Positions 28,145 to 32,000 of a stretch of 32,000 nt of DNA are shown piece after piece. The position numbers and the translations under genes were made by a program. The notes under the pieces were generated by a model. It saw nothing but the letters and a program-made list of their open reading frames with translations, was not told where the DNA came from and searched no databases. This DNA is from Candidatus Saccharimonadota bacterium (GTDB taxonomy: Bacteria; Patescibacteriota; Gracilibacteria; Absconditabacterales; Absconditicoccaceae): positions 960,001 to 992,000 of the forward strand of contig OZ246420.1 of the NCBI GenBank assembly GCA_965231145.1, given 5' to 3'. Each line of letters starts with the position of its first letter. The first letter of the stretch is position 1.

Positions 28145-28714
28145 ATGAGCAAAACACTATTTAACATATTTCCTCTAGGAGGAAATGGCTCTGTGAGCTT
28201 TATATGCGCTGATGCAGACGCATCCGCAGACGTGATAGACATTGCCAATAGCAACGGTCAATCACCTTTTACTATATCCATGATAGGATGTCAACCCATG
28301 TGGTATGTCATACCGATATGTGCTTGTAACCCTATCATAGCAGTTACACATGAATACGCACTAGAAACCAACCAGGTTGGTTCTCTCTTTGCTCTGGTTG
28401 AATCTCTGTTGTCAGCGGGAGAACAACTGTATAACAAAAAACAGCGTTGCTTTGATGATGCTGTTCCCGGACATCGTGTTCTGATAGAAAATGGTAAGAG
28501 CAAAATCATCCGGAGCGAGGCGAGATTCACAAAAAATATAGTGGACGAATGTCTGTCTATAAAAAGCGTTCGAACATTCTATGAGAAACTACAGACGCAG
28601 GTATTAACTTCTGCAGATATAGATGCATTTGTACATACGTTTGTAGATTGTGGAGAAAAGGTAACAGGTCGTCTCATGGAGCAATCTGGCAATGCTGTAG
28701 TTGCGCAGAACTAA
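28145..28714 (+). CDS. Hypothetical protein (189 aa)
   Basis: Intact ORF with a TAA stop. I recognise no family (MSKTLFNIFPLGGNGSVSFICADADASADVID...). Confidence 0.7.
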   Translation: MSKTLFNIFPLGGNGSVSFICADADASADVIDIANSNGQSPFTISMIGCQPMWYVIPICACNPIIAVTHEYALETNQVGSLFALVESLLSAGEQLYNKKQRCFDDAVPGHRVLIENGKSKIIRSEARFTKNIVDECLSIKSVRTFYEKLQTQVLTSADIDAFVHTFVDCGEKVTGRLMEQSGNAVVAQN

Positions 28715-28732
28715 GAAAATATATGTCTATCT

Positions 28733-28760
28733 AAAAGCCCCGACATCTCGGGGCTTTTTT
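28733..28760. terminator. Bidirectional terminator shared by cassette 4 and mutS
   Basis: AAAA-GCCCCG-ACATCT-CGGGGC-TTTTTTTT. The hairpin ends 6 nt before the mutS TAA (28761-28763), separated only by the T-run. Confidence 0.75.
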
Positions 28761-31448
28761 TTATTTATCTATCTCGTCTTTCAACTTATTGAGCAGCAGC
28801 AATGCTTGCATCGGAGTCATGTTATTCGCATCGATCGAATCAATGATTCTCTTCATCTTATCGTACTTTGCTTTCGTCTCGATCGCTTCAAAGTCTACTC
28901 ATCAAAATAATCCTTCGACTTTTAATTTTGCACTCTGATTTTTGGATTCTGAATTTTCGAGCGAAGCAAGATATCTCTTCGCCTGATCAGTGATCACCGT
29001 CGGGATTCATGCGATCTTAGCTACATCGAGTCCATAACTCTTACTCGCTCCTCCAGCAACAATTTTTTTCATAAAGACAACTTCTTTGTCTGTTTCATAT
29101 ACAGAGACAGAATAATTTTTCACTCACGGAAGTTGTCACTCTAAAGAAATCAACTCATGATAGTGTGTTGCAAACAAGGTCTTTGCACCTGTCTTTTCTG
29201 CGATATACTGGACGATAGCCTGTGCGAGCGCAAGTCCGTCATACGTTGAGGTTCCACGCCCAAGCTCATCTAAAATAATAAATGATTTTGATGTCGCATT
29301 GTGCAAGATATTTGCCATCTCGATCATCTCTGTCATAAACGTCGATTGATTTTTCGCGATCACGTCTCCACTTCCCACGCGAGCAAAGAGTCCATCTACG
29401 ACTGGCACAGATGCTTCGGTCGCAGGGACATAGAGACCGCATTGAGCAAGAAGAATGATAAGAGCGTTTTGCCTCAGATAGGTCGACTTACCTCACATAT
29501 TCGGTCATGTGATAATATGCAGACTGCCAGTGTCACCCGATCCTATTTGCAGATCATTTGCTATGAACTGCTCATGCACCGGCAGATATTCTTCAATAAC
29601 TGCATGACGTCCTCCGACAATACGTAGTTCTCCATTTGTCATAAGCTTTGGCCTCGTCCATCTTTTCTCTGCGACAAACAACGCATGTGTGACATACAGA
29701 TCGAGCCACGCAATCCCATCGGCGAGCTGTGTCAGCACTTTTGCTGCGTCAATAATTTTTTCTTTTGCGATAAGAAGCTGTGCCTGCTCTTTTGTCTTGA
29801 GCTGAAATTGTGCAGCGAGGATCTTATGCTGCAGCTCTTCGAGATATGGCGTGATATAACGCTCACCCGTTTTGAGTGTCTGGCGACGGATGAAATCAAA
29901 CTTCGGATCGCCCTTCACACATCCCGCTTCAAAAGCCGCTATATCCTTCGGAGTCACTTCAAGAAAATATCACTGATTGCTCACGTACTTCACTTTCACG
30001 TTGGCAACATTTGTATGAGTCACCACTTCCTGCTGATACGCGATCAACATCTCATCACTATGATACGCTATCTTTCTCAGCTCATCGATCTCCGGATCAA
30101 ACCCATCTCTAATATAATCTATTTCATCATTCAATCCTTCTTCCTTCAAAAGTTGATACAAATATTCATATAACTCTTCTCCTTTCTTCAATACTTCGTC
30201 TTCGACTCAGAGCACTTTCAGTGCTGATTTTATCCCTTGCCCCTTATCCCTTGTCAATGATTCCTCCAACCTTAACTCCGCTCTTTGCTCTCTGCTCTCT
30301 CAGTTTGATGGCGAATTAAATATAAGCGACAAAGCATATCTGAGCTTTCCTAGCGTTGTCGGATTGTGTTTCTTGTAGATAATAAGCGACATGATTTTTG
30401 GGATATCAAGCATGTGACCGAGCGTCTGTGCGATACTTTGTGCATCATCGCGATGAGAGATATAGTAGTCGACATGCTGTTGACGCTCGGAGATGACAGA
30501 AAGATTTTTTGTCGGACGTGTCAGCACTTCGCGAAGAAGCCTTGCGCCAAGTGATGTTTTTGTCTGATCGATAACGCCGAGCAATGAGTATTTTTTTGCA
30601 CCATCGTAGTGCGAGGCGAAAAGCTCGAGGTTTTTTATCGTCACGTTATCGAGCAGCACCGCGTCGGTTGAGTTATCGTACGAGACAGAGATAATAGTAT
30701 GGATGCTTCATTTTTGTACGCCGCGAAGATAGTGGACGAGTAAGCTGAATGCATATTTCCTACCGTCCTCAAGCGCCTTTCCAAACGAATTCAATGACTG
30801 CACACCAAAGACAGACTGCAGCAATAAGTCTGCATCTGATGGCTGATCGTATGTCGAAACAAGGCAGTGGGAAAAATTGTGCATATGATTTTCGAGTTCT
30901 CACTTCTGGGGAAAATCAATATCGACGACGATCTCCGCAGGAGACAGATTCAGTAAAAATTTTAAGAGTTCATCGATAGATGAAAAACTTTGCGTCCAGT
31001 ACTGCCCGACCGAAAAGTCACCCCACGCGAGGTGATAGTTTTGGAGATCTCCTCCGGAGTATGCAACCGCCGTGATGTATGAAAATTGTTTCTGTGACTC
31101 CTGAATATACGTTCCCGGCGTGATAACTGCCGTCACCTCACGCTCAACAATCTGCCCCGGCTTTGGCTCACTCACCTGCTCACCTATAGCAACTTTGTAG
31201 CCATGCGCCACCAGTTTCGCGATATACTTCTCTGCACTATGATATGGCAATCCCGCCATAGGAACTGGATTTGCACTATTTTTATCACGAGACGTGAGCG
31301 TCAGATCTAAGAGCTTTGAACAGATCTTTGCATCTTCATAAAACGTCTCATAAAAATCTCCCATACGAAAAAAAAGAATGCAGTCTTTATACTGCGTCTT
31401 CATGTCCATATACTGCTTTTGTGCCGGCGTCAGCTTCTCCGTATTCAT
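28761..31448 (-). CDS. mutS: DNA mismatch repair protein MutS
   Basis: Five track pieces (30900-31448, 30300-30659, 29970-30191, 29505-29957, 29136-29408) plus the gaps form one frame of 2688 nt, with 12 TGA and no TAA/TAG. N-terminus: [36 protein letters not shown]. Walker A: IIT[G]PNM[G]GKSTYLRQ. Also [14 protein letters not shown] and FATHYHEL. The stop is TAA. Confidence 0.92.
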
Positions 31449-31514
31449 GCCCTGATTGTACGGAAATAGCGGGTAAGCTCAATATTAAAAAATCCAATGA
31501 AATTATGCATATAA

Positions 31515-31530
31515 GCGCATTATAATGCGC
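31515..31530. repeat. Perfect 16-bp palindrome GCGCATTATAATGCGC
   Basis: It lies just downstream (on the minus strand) of the RAYT-like stop. It may be a terminator or a REP-type hairpin. Confidence 0.3.
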
Positions 31531-31535
31531 CTTCT

Positions 31536-32000
31536 TTAGAGAGGACGCAAAATATTGCGTCCGTACAATTCTCGCCATTTCATCGGATTTTCCTGGATAT
31601 ATTTTTTTATACGATCATATTCGATTTCATTTCTAATAATATGGTCGTGGTAACGACCATGCCGGGCGAATGAAATATGATTATTTTTCGCGTATTTCAT
31701 TACACCAATTTTAAACCCACGAATAATTGCTCACAACGATCATGATGCACATTCATATTTATTTTTTTCTCGGTATTGTACGGACGCATTATCATGCGTC
31801 CTTTTTATTTTATTTATTTTTTTATCATTGGACGCAAAATATTGCGTCCCCACATCGCACCTATTTACTATCAATATCCCATGGACGTGATTGGGCATAC
31901 AAATAAATTCATCTATTTCAACATACGGATAATGGGTCGGAATATCCTTTCGACACTTCCAAGCCACGCGACCCAATTCATTCAACCTCATCACCCCATT
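31536..32000 (-). CDS. IS200/IS605-like HUH (Y1) transposase family protein, REP-associated tyrosine transposase (RAYT)-like, COG1943-type; the 5' end is outside the window
   Basis: One frame with 2 TGA: ..NGVMRLNELGRVAWKCRKDIPTHYPYVEIDEFICMPNHVHGILIV...CAS[G]SL[G]AIIRGFKIGVMKYAKNN..FARHGRYHDHIIRNEIEYDRIKKYIQENPMKW. It has the HUH motif (HVH), GSLGAIIRGFK, and YDHIIR...Y(I)..NP. The stop is TAA at 31536-31538. Confidence 0.8.
31543..31562. repeat. REP-like palindrome GGACGCAA-AATA-TTGCGTCC followed by GTACAAT
   Basis: It lies inside the last codons of the RAYT-like CDS, where it is read as GRNILRP. Confidence 0.6.
31782..31801. repeat. REP-like palindrome GGACGCAT-TATC-ATGCGTCC, preceded by GTAC (ATTGTAC) on the plus strand
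   Basis: It lies inside the RAYT-like CDS, where it is read as RTHDNAS. On the minus strand it is followed by GTACAAT, as copy 31543-31562 is on the plus strand. Confidence 0.6.
31830..31849. repeat. REP-like palindrome GGACGCAA-AATA-TTGCGTCC (20 nt identical to 31543-31562)
   Basis: It lies inside the RAYT-like CDS, where it is read as GTQYFAS. Confidence 0.6.

Noticed and set aside
24651-28760. Integron gene-cassette array
   Set aside because: The inter-ORF elements are short GC hairpins with T-runs plus promoters, not attC sites. There are no R'/R'' GTTRRRY cores and no intI or attI nearby.
31387-31578. 63-aa minus-strand track ORF
   Set aside because: It spans the mutS-RAYT intergenic region and is out of frame with the RAYT C-terminus. 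It is created by the palindromes.
1-32000. Translation table 4 (TGA=Trp, Mycoplasma-like) as the explanation
   Set aside because: Trp would break the MutS P-loop GPNMGGKST, the TsaC GG, the Nudix-box glycines, the lipobox LAGC and PadR GPPRKYY. Gly fits every case.

Overview
This 32-kb, low-GC window decodes TGA as glycine (translation table 25). That points to a Gracilibacteria/Absconditabacteria-type Patescibacteria lineage, though the taxon is inference. Under the standard-code ORF track most backbone genes look shattered: leuS, mutS, an ABC exporter, GH3, DUF2779, Abi_2, PspC, PadR, TsaC, an AAA ATPase, a lipoprotein and a RAYT-like transposase. Reading TGA as Gly restores one intact frame per gene. 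It also puts Gly at invariant motif positions: MutS P-loop TGPNMGGKST, TsaC GG..PTDT, the Nudix box, lipobox LAGC and PadR GPPRKYY. All of these genes stop on TAA or TAG. Gene order: mutY (partial), DUF3127/SSB-tail protein, GH3, tsaC-leuS, a hypothetical, pyk, eno, [GC-richer ppdK + 31-aa ORF + 215-aa ORF], AAA_14/DUF4143 ATPase, a small membrane ORF, DUF2087-ABC exporter, PadR-HAAS/PspC, [GC-richer C39-like peptidase lipoprotein], a TGA-rich lipoprotein, a REP-like hairpin cluster, DUF2779 nuclease, Abi_2, [icd-like gene + three unknown genes as self-contained promoter-ORF-terminator cassettes], mutS, RAYT-like HUH transposase (partial). The most interesting observations are: (1) the recoding itself; (2) a complete Nudix hydrolase domain embedded in LeuRS and hidden by TGA codons; (3) an array of single-gene cassettes between Abi_2 and mutS with near-identical junctions, no in-frame TGA, and one ORF that stops on TGA; (4) several TGA-free, compositionally distinct islands, meaning either horizontal transfer from a standard-code donor or a chimeric assembly; (5) REP-like palindromes that recur inside the coding sequence of the RAYT-like gene. 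No rRNA, tRNA or CRISPR array was found. Everything rests on manual translation and remembered family signatures; no database search was run.
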